Positions 1 through 11,948 of a DNA stretch of 64,000 nt are shown here, one piece after another; position 1 is the first letter of the stretch, and each line of letters begins with the position of its first letter. The notes beneath the pieces are model-generated. The model saw nothing but the letters and a program-made list of their open reading frames with translations, made no database searches and was not told the origin of the DNA. Both the position numbers and the translations under genes were made by a program. Source of the stretch: Takakia lepidozioides (taxonomy: Eukaryota; Plantae; Bryophyta); contig CM060734.1 of the NCBI GenBank assembly GCA_030704615.1, forward strand, positions 62,744,001 through 62,808,000, in the 5' to 3' direction.

Positions 1-790
1 ACTACTGCAGTCTCCTTGCAAGCAAATCTAGCTCTCGGCCAAAGAGAAGGAAATAAGGCGAGAACGAGGCAAGTGATGCTTGTTTGCTAAACCTGTAGCC
101 CATGGCCAACCAAGCTAGCTGAAGGTCCCAATCTCCCAAGTGTCCCTTCTGCAAGCCATACTTGCGCAAGCCTCGCTTGACTGTTTGCATAACCCTCTCG
201 GCCAAGCCACCTCGGGATGATCCCGAGAAGTAGTGCGGTGATCTATCAAGGCTTGCTCACACAAAGCCTGAAAACTCCCCAAGAACTCTCTCCCCTGGTC
301 CATGAGTACCTCGGCTGGAGCACCAAATTGGCTAAGCACTCGATCTAAAGAATGCATACGTAGCCTCCTCACTTGCCTTGTCAGGCAATGCCACCAGTTC
401 AATCCATTTGGAGAATTGTTCCACCATCACCGGTACATACTTGTTATGGTGAATAGTTAGTGGCAATGGGCCTGCGAAGTCAAGACTCCAACGATAGCCC
501 AAACCCATAATGGGTAAAGGATGCAATTGTGGAGTAGGGGTGTTGAAAGAAGCCCGCACTCTATCACACACCATGCATCTTGCCACTAATTGCTGCACAT
601 CCGTGTGCATGCCCCGCCACCAATACTGTCCTTGCAACAAACTATGAGTGCGCCGTACCCCAAAATGTCCCAACTCCTCATGGGCATAACGTACCAATCG
701 CGCTCGTTGTTTTGGGTGGGGCACAATCCTCACTCGTCCATCCTCCCATACTCGGAGTAGGTGAGTCCCCTCCCACTTGAACCTCTTGGC
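1..790 (-). pseudogene. Integrase (H2C2 zinc-binding domain plus DDE core), frameshifted
   Basis: AHEELGHFG..YWWRGM..CMVCDR; WSLDFAGP; FGAPAEVLMDQGREF; AERVMQTVK..SPYFLLFGR, spread over ORFs 332-994, 115-402 and 2-205. Confidence 0.9.
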
Positions 791-1009
791 TCGTTGTAGG
801 ATCCGATCTTTCTCCTTAGCAGTCACACTGGCTATTGTCTCTCTAGTACGAAGGTAGGCCAACACTGCTGCATTTTCATGTACATCCTTAGCACCACCAA
901 ACTCCTCACTAGTCTCTGGATTGTCATGCACGCTATCTATATGACATATCGCATGGGATGGACTAGCTTGAACTCCCATTGCTAGGATGCACAAAAAGGC
1001 AAATGCATG

Positions 1010-2410
1010 TCATCCTGGCACCATCTCGTCATCTGTCTCACCATGCCAACGAGCTCCTGTATCATCAAGCTCACTTGTGCATGGATTGCGACTCAATCCA
1101 TCCGCATCCCGGTTGACTATTCCGGCTCGATGCACCACTTGGAAGTCGTACTCTTGAAGCATAAGTGCCCACCGTGCAAGCTTCCCTATAAGCTTGTCTG
1201 ACTCCATCAACCACTTCAATGGTTGGTGATCCGTGACAAGGGTGAAGAGATTGCCATAGAGGTAGCATCTAAAATGTGTCATTGCCCATACTGCAGCTAG
1301 ACACTCCCCTTCATAGGAGCTATACTTTGCCTCGGCATCATTGTTCGAGCGGCTAGTATATGCCACTACAAACTCTCTTCCCTCATCATCCACCTGTGTG
1401 AGCACTGCTCCAATCCCCAGCATACTCCAATCTGTATGTAGCTGGAAAGACCGCCCCCGAATAGGCCGCCTCAGAATAGGCGCAGAAGTCAATCAAACCT
1501 TGAGTTCCTCAAAGGCTTCCTCCTGCTTCTCCTCCCACTGCCGCTCCTGACCCACCTTGGTCAACTTGGTAAGAGCCTTTGCAATGCTGCTAAATCCCTT
1601 GACAAACCGTCGATAATAGTTTGCCAACCCCATGAAAGCACGAACTCTGCTAACATCAATGGGGCGTGGAATGCGTGCAATGGCCTCCACCTTCGTCTTT
1701 TGAACACCCAATCCTCCAGGGTATATCATGTGCCCAGATACTCAATCTAATCGTGGAAGAACTTGCACTTTCTAGGGTTTAGTTTCAATCCATGCGCCCT
1801 CAAACGCTCAAACACCACCTGAAGGTGTTTCTCATGCTCCTCAACCGTGGCACTAAAGATGATGATATCATCAATGTAGCACCGAGCGAAGTCTAGCCCT
1901 GCAAGAATCATATCCATAACCCTCTGAAGGAGCATTCTTCAACCCAAACGGTAGGAACCGCCATTAGTACAAGCAATCGTTCTCATGTTGGTCAATCCCC
2001 CAGAATGTCGTCTTTTGCTTGTCAGCCTCTTTGATTGGCAACTGGTGGTAACCGGATCGCAAGTCCAATGTGCTAAACACCTTTGCATGCCCAATGGCAT
2101 GAAAGATCTCCTCTGGAATTGGCATGGCATATCTATCGGACTTAGTCTGACGGTTCACAGGACGGTAATCCCCACACATCCTCTTTTATGTCCAATTGCC
2201 ACAGATATCCTTCTTAGCTGGCATCACCGTTGTCGAGGCATACTCCCCGCCTGACAACTCCACCAATCCAGCTTCAAACAACTCCATAGTCCGTGACTGG
2301 ATCAAAGACCTCTCCATATCACTATACCTATAGGGCCTTCGAAAGATTGGCGTGTCACTTGCCGAATCAATACGAATCTCCTGACCCTTCAAACTCCCCA
2401 AATCCTTCAA
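1010..2410 (-). pseudogene. Reverse transcriptase and RNase H of the Gypsy pol
   Basis: PIFRRPYRYS, MCGDYRPVN, LDLRSGYHQ, YIDDIIIFS, LKLNPRKC, FMGLANYYRRF, LHTDWS, TDHQPLKW; interrupted by in-frame stops at about 2186, 1964, 1747 and 1493. Confidence 0.95.
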
Positions 2411-2956
2411 ACTAAAGGCAAAGCAATTTCTATAAGCCCTTAGAAATCGCTGGATCCTCCGTTTCTCTCCTCCGGTGACTGTAGGTCCAACATCTGGCTC
2501 CCAATTGTCCTCAGTGACTGCAACCTTGGGTACACCAGGCTTGGAGGTAGGAGACGAATCCTTTGGTTGCTAGATAGCAACCTCTTGGGCCTTGTCCGCC
2601 CAATCTAACTGTGGCGTAGCCTCCACTTGCTCCGCCATAGCTACCTTGAGAACATCCTCTGAGCAAGAAACATTCTCAACTTCTTCAAAAACCTTGGCCA
2701 CCTTGGCTTCCAACTGATCCTTAGTCCATGGCTCTCCCCACTCCTCATATTGCTGCTTGAGAGATCCAATGACTCTCTTTTTGCGCATCTCATCTCACAT
2801 CTGCCATGGGTGTTTGCACCCCATGATCTTGTGCTCGCCCCCATTCACTGCCTCCACCGTCCCGGTTGGCAGAGATGGTGCAATATCCAATGGAAGTGCA
2901 GAAGTAGCCACTAATGCTTGCAATCTCCGTTGCTCAGCCATGCACAAGCCAATGAC

Positions 2957-3900
2957 CTATGTCAAGCAATTGAGATCCATGGCGTGACCCAACACCTTGC
3001 GTCGTGATGCCTCTAACAGAGCTGGCATAGCTGTACTGCCCGTGGCAAATCCCATTGCCCGCTCTCGCTCATCCGCATTGGACTCCACCAATTGCTGTAG
3101 CATACTGTCCCAAGTCAACCCACGATCATTGTTTCTAAAAGCATGAGATGAGGGAAAGCTCATGAGCGTAGGCAAGGCTGCCTGTGGCTGCCCCACTCGA
3201 TTTACCACTGCTAGAGGTGGACGGTCATCATGTCGCACCCTCTGTGGTTGCCTTCCTTGGTCCAAAATGCCCTCAACCGTGAGGTTGGGTGGCCATTGAA
3301 TGGAATCATAGGCTCTCTTGAGCAACTCTGGTGATGCAAGATTGGTCCACCACAACCTAGGCCTATGTGCCCGTGAACCCACTGCAGTTGCATCCAACAA
3401 TACAACTGGTCCAATCCATGACCGGATCTGATGCACACTGGCCATAACCCTGGCCCGAGGATCCCCCATGAGAGGCACATTCTCCAGGATGTAAGCTGGA
3501 GGTTGCACTTGCCTCACCTGCAAGTCACGCAACACTCGCAACATCTCCCAAAACAAATGCGATCATGCATCATGCAAGCCATTCCCATGACCTGTGGGAG
3601 AGTGTCTTTGGCAAGGCCAGCCAGCTATCACCAAGTCAATGGAACCATGCCGGTCCAAATCATCCGCCCCTAGCAAGGTAATGTCTGTTGGCAAGGCCTT
3701 TTGATACCCTTGAATTGCTGAGAGAGGCAACAACTCAGGATACTGGTGTGTGAGCAAGGCGATGTGGCGCATAAAAATACGCCGAGCTATCTCATCCTTC
3801 TTCACATATAAGTACTTGCGTACTTTAATCCCTGCTTGCAATACTCCTGCAAGCCCAGTGCTCATGCCGCCAATCAAGTCTAGCAAACAAATCCTTGAGT
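2957..3900 (-). pseudogene. C5 DNA cytosine methyltransferase domain (DNMT3-like) embedded in the retrotransposon pol
   Basis: Motif I LLDLIGGMSTG, motif IV IDLVIAGWPCQ (catalytic PC), motif VI YILENV, motif VIII GSRAHRPRLWWTN, motif IX ERERAMGF, motif X RRKVLGHAMD; a single in-frame TGA at 3563-3565 splits ORFs 3563-4258 and 2957-3556. Confidence 0.9.
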
Positions 3901-4249
3901 CAGGTGGTTGCCAGGTAATGGGCACTGTGTCCATAGGAGCTAACTCAGGAGGTCCAGATGATGTCACTGAACTCCCCTCACGCACCAATGGAAAGGCCTC
4001 CTGCCATGCTTGGTGCACACACTCGTCTGCTACTTGATGCAAATTCCCAACCGTACCCCACAGTGGTCTATGCACAGACACATGAGGAAGAAAATCAGCC
4101 TTGTATGCCAATTGTTTGTCCTCATCAGGTGATGGCCTATCATCTGCATGGCTATTGCCCTCCAAGAGCTCACCACCCCAAGCCACCACCCCTGAGAATG
4201 CAGCCAATGTGGGCATCATGTTCCTATGATCCACCGCTACATTCCCAAT

Positions 4250-4733
4250 AAACCGCACTGGGAGCAGTGCACGTCGCCCATCTCCTGACTACCATTCCGG
4301 CCTGTAGGATGCCGTTTCCTCCCAAAAATCCAGTGTGAATCCCATGGGGTATAACACCGCCCCACCAACAAGCACATCATAAGATCGCGTCCGTAACAAT
4401 GGCTTTAGCTCTCATGACTGAGCCATCCGTAGGATGATCCGGCTGCAATCGAATAAAGAGCTCATGGCATGTAATCCCTCGTGTCTTCTCTGAACCGCCC
4501 AAAGATGTTTGAATTTGGAAATGGCAAGGCTCCAAATCCGCCTCTGTAAGGCCCAAGCCTGCAATTGTTGCTCTTCCCAACATCAATGGCTGTGCTCCCG
4601 AGTCCAACAAGACCCGCAATGGCCTATATCTCTTCCCGGCTGGGCCACCCAACTGAAACACACCATCCTGATTGTCCACCAGGACTACCCCAGGAGTCAC
4701 CATACTACGCTCAATGGCTGGTCTAGCTGGCAA
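4250..4733 (-). pseudogene. Retroviral-type aspartic protease
   Basis: RVLLDSGAQPLMLG active-site motif, followed after a frameshift by a DVLVGG-like segment at about 4380-4360. Confidence 0.85.
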
Positions 4734-5199
4734 CTCCTACAACCTTGCAGCTGTCACTTGCCATGGCGCGGCTGTGGCTGACTTCACCCTCGAATCCAAA
4801 GCATCCATAGATTGCACCTTATCTGCTATCTCCGCAGATAGTGCCGATGCAGCACCACTCTCACAGAGTCTAGCTGCTAGTCTGAACATAGCAGCTGGCC
4901 GAATCCCCGGCATTGCAATGGTCATTGCAGAAAATAATGGAGCTTGGCAAACCGCCGTAGCCGCCCCCAACAATGTACTGGCTGCACCTTGCTTTGCAGC
5001 ACCACCCACTGGCATTTCCCGAGCCACACCAATACTCCCCAATGACATTCGTGGCTCTACCTCTGACACACTTGGGCGAGCGGGTGCCCTTTGATGACAT
5101 AGGTGGCACTGTCTCAGCCAATGTAAAGGACTGTGGAAGCCTTGTCTGACGACTTGCTTCCCCCCTTTGTGGATCAAAATCCACATCCGCTCCTCGTGG

Positions 5200-6387
5200 C
5201 TCAGGAGCACGCGTTGCTGCTCGAGTGACAGCAGCAGAAGAGTCCAATACATGCAATAGCCCTACAAGTGCGGCTCCACACATGAAGCCCATACCAATCT
5301 GATTTTCCCTAGGCATAAAAGGTTGTGTAGGTGGGGCTTGAACCTCAAGCCTTGGAGCTGGCGCAACATGAGTAGTGGCCATGGCAGCAAGATGTTGCTC
5401 TAGCTAGGCAAGTCTATCCACCATGCCTTGGTCATGACCTTGACCTTGACCCTGTGCTCCTTGGTTTTCGTTACGACCTCCACCGCGACCTCTGCCTCCT
5501 CTACCTCTCTGGACTACATTGCCTCGTCCTCGGCCACCATTGTTCTCTTGGAACTGGCCTGGCCATAGCTCGGGATGCAAGTCATAACAATGGGCCCCCT
5601 CATGCCCATACTTGCTACAATGCCCACATTGTAGTTGTGTAGGTTGTGCCTGTGCCGGCCCTTTGTCTCTCTCCGGGCAATCTCTCTTAACATGGGGTCT
5701 TCCACAATCCCAACATGTCATACCCAACTGTTGTTGGCCTAAGAATGAAGGAAGTGACCTCTGCAATTGAGATCCTCTCTGTCCTTCCCTGGGCTTCACA
5801 TGAGCCCCCTTGTTGCCTTGAGCACGTTGGGGTAGTGGTTGTTGATGGCTAGGAGCCCCGCTTCAATGTGTCTCCTTACCAAACCCTATCATGACTACTC
5901 GCTCCTCCACCATATTGAGCTCTATCCGCTCTGCCAGCAGAAACACGTTTGCTAAGGTGGGTTGGTCCACTTGTAGGAGAGTTGCATCCCGCACCCTTCT
6001 CCTCAGCTCCTTGTCTAGGATCCCATACCAGAACTGGATTGCCCGAGCTTCTGTAACCCCTTGGGTTACGTTTATCAAGCGCCTCATGCAAGTGTAAGCC
6101 TCCCTCAAACTCTCAGTAGACCTTCGTTGGAACTCTTGCAAGCTCCGCAACTTCTCTGTCCTTATCCCTTGGTAGTTTCTCCTCAACTCCTCGAAGAACT
6201 CCACACTGGGTTAAAGGCAGGCACGGGTGCTGGTGCTATAGCAGGAGCTTGAGTGGATTTGCCAGCTCCTGTACCACTTGTCCCACTACTAGTGCTTGTA
6301 GTTGGAGATGTTTGTGTAGCTGCTGGTGTCGCCGCTGCCCTTGTGCCTCTAGTGATTGAGACATAGTTAGGTGACCAATACTTTCGC
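5200..6387 (-). pseudogene. Gag, C-terminal part
   Basis: RKYWSPNYV.., FFEELRRNYQG..FQRRSTESLREAY (retrotransposon gag QxxxES-type motif), two CCHC knuckles, RGG-rich tract. Confidence 0.85.
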
Positions 6388-7150
6388 TAGGGTTAATACC
6401 CGGACCGGCTGGTATTGCCAAAGGCAATACCCGTCCAATACCGATATCATGGGCATAAGCACGGACTATACCATGGTATAGCAGCCATTCTTTTAGTGAC
6501 GAATAATCGCCAGATTTCGACCTCAAAAAATAAAATAAAATATTCTGTCGCAAATCCACTGTTTTTTCATGGATGAAATCACCAAATTTCTCCAAATAAA
6601 AAAACAATTATGGATAAATTTGCCAAATATGGATGATATATATGGATGATGGCACATATGTGGATGAACAGAATAAACGGCTATTTCCTGCAAAACTCTG
6701 TAGCCACTCATGCTGTTTTCCAAATTTCTTAAAAAAAACACTGTGCTATAGATATGAAATTGGGTGGGTACACATGTCAGGGTAAGGGGGTGCACATATG
6801 AGGGGGGTCAGGGCATGTCAAGCCCCAAGGGTCCGCCACCACTGTTCATTTCTTAGCACATGCAGGGCGGGCCCGCCCCTATTCTTCATATTTAAGCAAA
6901 ACTCATTCCAGATGCTGGTTTTGAGGATGAGGTGACTCGTCTTCACTTTGCATACTAAAATCTACAACGTTATTATATAATGCAAGTCTGAATTTTACAA
7001 CATAATAATTAATTTCTGTGCAAAATCAAGTATGCTTCTAAAGTAAAGACATATTAATGATTTGGTGGTTATTTTAATTATTTATATCCGGGTTGATAAC
7101 CGGCTGGTATTAGATTGGAATACCCATCCTATTGATACCCGTTCGCAAAT
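6388..7150. mobile_element. Non-coding, MITE-like insertion interrupting gag
   Basis: AT-rich segment that begins abruptly at the gag break (TAGGGTTAATACCCGG); repeated AATACC motifs; CCGGCTGGTATT at 6405-6416 and 7100-7111. Confidence 0.5.
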
Positions 7151-7494
7151 CAAAAATCATACTACTATTGAGAACCGGCGTGAAGGATAACTGACTTTTG
7201 CTCAGCTCATCGCCTAAATGGGCGAACCTTTGTGGGGTTTTTTTTCCATCCAGAGTATCCTTTACGGATCCTGGTGTCATATTTCCTGGGTTTCCTCGAA
7301 TAGCCTCGTAACAGATAGCTGGAAACAAAGGATCGCTCAATATTTTGGTCAATCTGCATTGTTAGAGGGTTGTCTCAGACTTAGACAGTTTTACGGGTTC
7401 TATGGGGTACCCTTAATTTTCCGCAGACCTACGGGTAGTAGACTCGGATTAGACACAGACCTTAGGGGTGGCATACAGGCTCACACAATCAACA

Positions 7495-7620
7495 ATCACA
7501 AGCTTGTACAGCCTATCACAGCCTATCACAGTCCGACACAACTTGTCACAGCCTGACACAGCCTGTCACAGTTGGACACAGCGTGACACAGCCAGTCACA
7601 GCCCGTCACAACGTACACAG
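7495..7620 (+). repeat. Degenerate ~10-bp tandem repeat (GTCACAGCCT/GACACAG)
   Basis: Seen directly. Confidence 0.75.
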
Positions 7621-9542
7621 GGAACGGTTATCATTGGCAGAGAACGATTGTGTGGGAACGACATCTGCAGAAGGAACGTGCGTTCTATTCTGTCTTGGAT
7701 GACAGTTAGTTAGTTAGGCGGTTAGAACAGCTTGCAGATAGAATAGACAGAGTAGCGACATGGAGAGGATGACTTCTTGGACATGGTTTCTGGCATCACA
7801 GCGGAGAATACGATGTCATGGTTTTAGTCATGGTTATCTAGAATTACCTACTTCTAGTTAACTAGGACATTTTAGATATTTATATTTATATTTTGTGTGT
7901 TGGGACTTCATTTGGTCTCACATGCCAAGTGAGGTGTCGAGCCTCACTTGGGACATGGGGATAGGTATTCCCCTTGTGAGTGTTGAGGAGGCTCATCTTC
8001 TTGTAGTTGAGCCTCCAAGAGCTTCTCTTACCTCCATAGCTCTAGGTATTGAGAGGGAGTGTGTTGAGGGCTTTGTAGGGTGGATTCCCTTAGCAAGGGT
8101 GCCCTTGGCTTGACTTAGTTTATGTGATAGAGTGGATTTCACTTGGAAGGACTAGGGCTTGTTCTTAGTGTGATTGCTTCATGTTTTGAGAGTTTTCATT
8201 GTCTTCCACTTCTCTCATTTCTCATCTCTTATCACTACAAGAAGATCACCTTATGCTTGTGAGTGCGGAGTGTAAGGATTAGTTTTGCACTTGTATGTTA
8301 AAGAGGTTGAGAGCTAGGAGAATTTAGCTCTTGTATCACAAGGCTTGCAAGGGGTTGCAAGAGAAGGTGCTCGAGTGTTGCATGCACCAAGGAGTTGGAG
8401 AGCTTGAGAAGAAAGCTCTTGAATCACAAGATTTTGCAAGGATTGCAAGGAGGAAGTCTTGTGTGTGTGGAAGCATGGATTCTAGGGTTTGAGAATCATT
8501 TGTATGCATTATGGAGTCAATGGTATGTGCCATAGCTTGTGGAGAGCAACTAAAGGATTGTTAGTGCTCATTTCACTATCAATCTAGGGTTAAGCAAGTT
8601 GAAAGTGTGGATGTTGTGGAAGGGAAGCCGAGGAGCTACATAGGCTTGGGCTTGAAGACAACAAGGGCAAGCACTTGGAGAGCACTAAGAAGCTCAAGAG
8701 GTTTTGAAAGGGAGCGTGTAAAGAAATCTTCCAATCATGGTGGTGTGGAGCCAAGCTTAGGGCGCCATTGGAAGGGCTTGGAGAACATATGGTGGGAAAT
8801 CCTTGAAGGGAAATCATCATTCAATGTATGCATAGCTTCACCCTAACTATGTAATGTGACAAGAGGGGGGAGGCAATACTTGGCTATTCATGCTCTTGGT
8901 AGTGCGAGCTTTGTGGTGGATAGTTGACCAAGCAAGTGGTGCATGTGTGGAGCATGCTTTCTTGAGTTTGTAAGTTCAAGTTTGAGAAGGGGAGCTCTTG
9001 AACTAGCAAGAGGTGAAGGCCTTGAGATCCATTTGTGTGTGAAGTGGAGAGGTGTTGATTCATGTTACAATGAAGGAGAGCAACACATAGGCCAAGAGGT
9101 CATGGAACATGCATTCAATGACGAAGGGGAGCATATGGATGATGGATTAGTGCAAGACCCCAAAGGAGGCATATGGCGTGAGAGTGGGATCCAAGATGGA
9201 TTGCTTGGGAGCATTATTGTAAGTGACAAGCATTGCTCCTACACATTGAGATAATTTGTGTTGATTTGGAGCAATTGTCAAGTGATGAGGAGACAAATGC
9301 ATGATTGCTCGGCAATGGAGATATGATAGTTTGCAACCAACTCCCAAGAACTAGAAGGGGGATTGATTTGGTGGACAATGACTTGCAAGTTGAGTTGGAC
9401 CACTCTTGGTTGCACATTGGGGTGGAAGAGAGCAAAAAGATGCCTCTTATGACCACCTAGAGACCAAATTTTTGCTTGAGTAGAAGCATAGAAGTCAAGG
9501 ACTTACATTCTAGCTCTTCATTACAAACCCTAGTAGTATATG

Positions 9543-9940
9543 CTCAGACTATACCTCTGTTAGTATACCAAACAAGAGCTTGTTCCTTTGACTATACCTC
9601 TGTTGAGGTATCACCATATGTGAACCCTAATGTGAGACTATACCTCTGTTAGTATACCAAACAGGAGCTTGTCCATTTTACTATACCTCTATTGAGGTAT
9701 CACCATATGTGAACCCTAATCAGCTCAGACTATACCTCTGTTAGTATACCAAATAGGAGCTTGTCCCTTTTACTATACCTCTGTTGAGGTATCACCATAT
9801 ATGGACCCTAATCAGCTCAGACTATATCTCTGTTAGTATACCAAACAGAACCCTCATTTTCAGACTATACCTCTATAAAGGTATCATCAACATAAGGGAC
9901 CCTAACAACCTCAGACTATACCTCTGTTAAGGTATCAACA
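9543..9940 (+). repeat. Tandem array of ~90-bp units built from ~45-bp subunits with core ACTATACCTCTGTT
   Basis: Core recurs about 9 times, alternating between two related spacer types. Confidence 0.9.
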
Positions 9941-10732
9941 TTGAAAGGACTTAGTGAAATTTAAGGGCCTTTGGAGAATCGTTTGGAAGATATTTGAGGG
10001 CCCTTGGAGGATTGTTTGGAGGATCTTTGGGGTCCTTGGAGGACTATTGGAGGACCCTTCGAGGAGCTTTGGTGGACAATGTTGAAGAGCTCTTGAATGA
10101 TTGATTAAGGGATATTTGAAGGATATTTGTCACGGCCATACAAGCGAGTGGATAGAGACAGGAGGGAGAGTGGTGGGATGAGAGCATTCTGGGGTTAGGA
10201 ATTGCTTTAGTTTCTCTTCTCCATAGTCTTTCACCATCTCTATAGGCCAAAACCTTTCCGTAGGTGGAGGCAAGAGTCAGTCCGGGTTTGGGCTGGGGTG
10301 TCCTTGCAGGAGCGACACTATGGAGTGTTTTTGGTGTGGGGGAGTTGTTGTCTTGATTTTCTTGTGTTTGGATCCCCTCCACACTTGCATGCTTGACTGT
10401 GCGCCATGTTAGCTTTGTGTGGGCGCTTGTTTTCATAGGCGATTGGTCCGGATTTGATCACCGGCCAATCTTAGAGTATGCTGTCGGTGGTGAGGCTGGA
10501 GTGATGACCAGCAAGACCACCAGTGTTTTTTCTATGGTGAGGCTGGATTGATGACCAGCAGACCATATGAGTGTTTGCAGTGGATGCAGGTGTAGGTACA
10601 GGTCTACGTTAGAAACCTATTATTGCTGCTTGAACCAGTAGCCGCAACAGGTTCTCTACCCGGTTACCTTGTGGAAAGTGGGGATTAGAGACAGGTTGAC
10701 AACCGGTTGGGTTGTGAGTTTTCATCACGGAG

Positions 10733-11152
10733 GTGCCACCAGTTGTTGAGGGGAGTGCCGGTACGAGCACCAGTGATACTAGTGGGTACACAAGACGAGG
10801 TGTGCGGTTTAGGCCACCTTCACCTTCAGTGTCTTCTGAGGAAGGTTCAGACTCGGAGTCAGGAGGATTCTCGCCGAGGGTGCAAGTCATTTCCGTGCCA
10901 TTGTTGTGGGACATGATGGAGGAGATGTATGGTGCTACCAAGGGGCCACGTAGGTACTCTGGAGCTGTGGGCACCATCGAGCTTGATGACTTCATACAAG
11001 AGTTTGACAGTTGGTGTGATTTGCAGCAAATGCGCAATCCACAACTGTTTACGCCCTTTATGGCGTGGAAGGGGCTATTCCAGCACCTTGAGGGGCCGCC
11101 CATGGATGATTACCATGAATTTAGGCGGGGACATGCGGTGGAGATTGAGGAG
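10733..11152 (+). pseudogene. Gag N-terminal part, inverted relative to the rest of the element
   Basis: KGPRRYSGAVGTIELDDFIQEFDSWC..LFQHLEGPPMDDYHEF..HAVEIEE; continues in frame into RKYWSPNYV on the minus strand at 6387. Confidence 0.75.
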
Positions 11153-11847
11153 TATTACAATAACCAATACCAGCCGGGTCGGTTATTCAATACCCTGGTT
11201 TCTACCCGCCAAAACCCTATATTCCAGTCCAACACTGGTCTGGAGCTTAATGAAATCCATAATCCAGCTTCATGAGCTCCCTCAAATTGACCATTAGGCT
11301 CTAGGTGGTGATTTTAATATGGTAGATAAAAGTACTGATAGGCTAGGGCTTTTGTGTTCTTGATCTTTCCTGTGGAATGGAAGATGTGGGAATCTCTCTT
11401 GTAGTCTGTGGGTCTTTCAGACTTCTACTCCTTCCCTCTTTCTCCATCTCTCTCATGGACAAACAATTGGGCTCCACCCGGGCTGTGCATGGCGCGGCAA
11501 GACCGATTTTATTTCTCTTCCTCCATCTCCTAGATTGGGCCAAATATCGTCCAATGGGCCCTATCCTCCGAGTCTTCGACTACTTTGAGATCAGAGCGCA
11601 TATCACCACCCCCAGGGCACGAGCTAGGGGTCATGGCTACCAGAAGATCAATGCCTCTATTTTTAGGCATCCAAAATGTGTGGAGGCCCTTAAGTTGTAC
11701 TGGTCCTCCTCCTACCTTCCAGTTTTCAAACAAGGCGTGAGATACACGGATGCCCTCCCATTGTTTTATTGATATGAAGTGTAACATGGCCCAACTGGAA
11801 ACTAAAAACTTTCATGTTCCCATTAAGTCTCATGGGAACAACCCATG

Positions 11848-11948
<101 letters not shown>

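Larger units (their letters stand above)
1..6387 (-). mobile_element. Ty3/Gypsy LTR retrotransposon, internal part (gag C-term, protease, DNA methyltransferase, RT, RNase H, integrase); decayed, runs off window start
   Basis: Minus-strand ORF fragments in Gypsy order: gag with zinc knuckles CWDCGRPHVKRDC and CGHCSKYGHEGAHC, protease LLDSGA, RT (LDLRSGYHQ, YIDDIIIF), RNase H (LHTDWS, YSSYEGECLA, TDHQPL, DADGLSR), integrase (HEELGH..CMVC, WSLDFAGP). Many stops and frameshifts. Confidence 0.95.
7360..10649 (+). mobile_element. Probable 5' LTR of the Gypsy element, enlarged by a nested degenerate insertion (~7814-10132)
   Basis: Starts TGTTAG and ends GCAACA just upstream of the gag N-terminus; contains 10-bp GTCACAGCCT-type repeats; boundaries inferred and no TSD found. 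Confidence 0.45.

Noticed and set aside
8233-8243. CACTACAAGAA as a CACTA terminus
   Set aside because: No matching opposite TIR or TSD found nearby.
9543-9940. CRISPR array
   Set aside because: Spacers are related, alternating copies rather than unique sequences; no cas genes; eukaryotic retroelement context.
10650-10670. Primer-binding site after the putative LTR
   Set aside because: GGTTCTCTACCCGG lacks the TGG start and I cannot match it to a tRNA; left unassigned.
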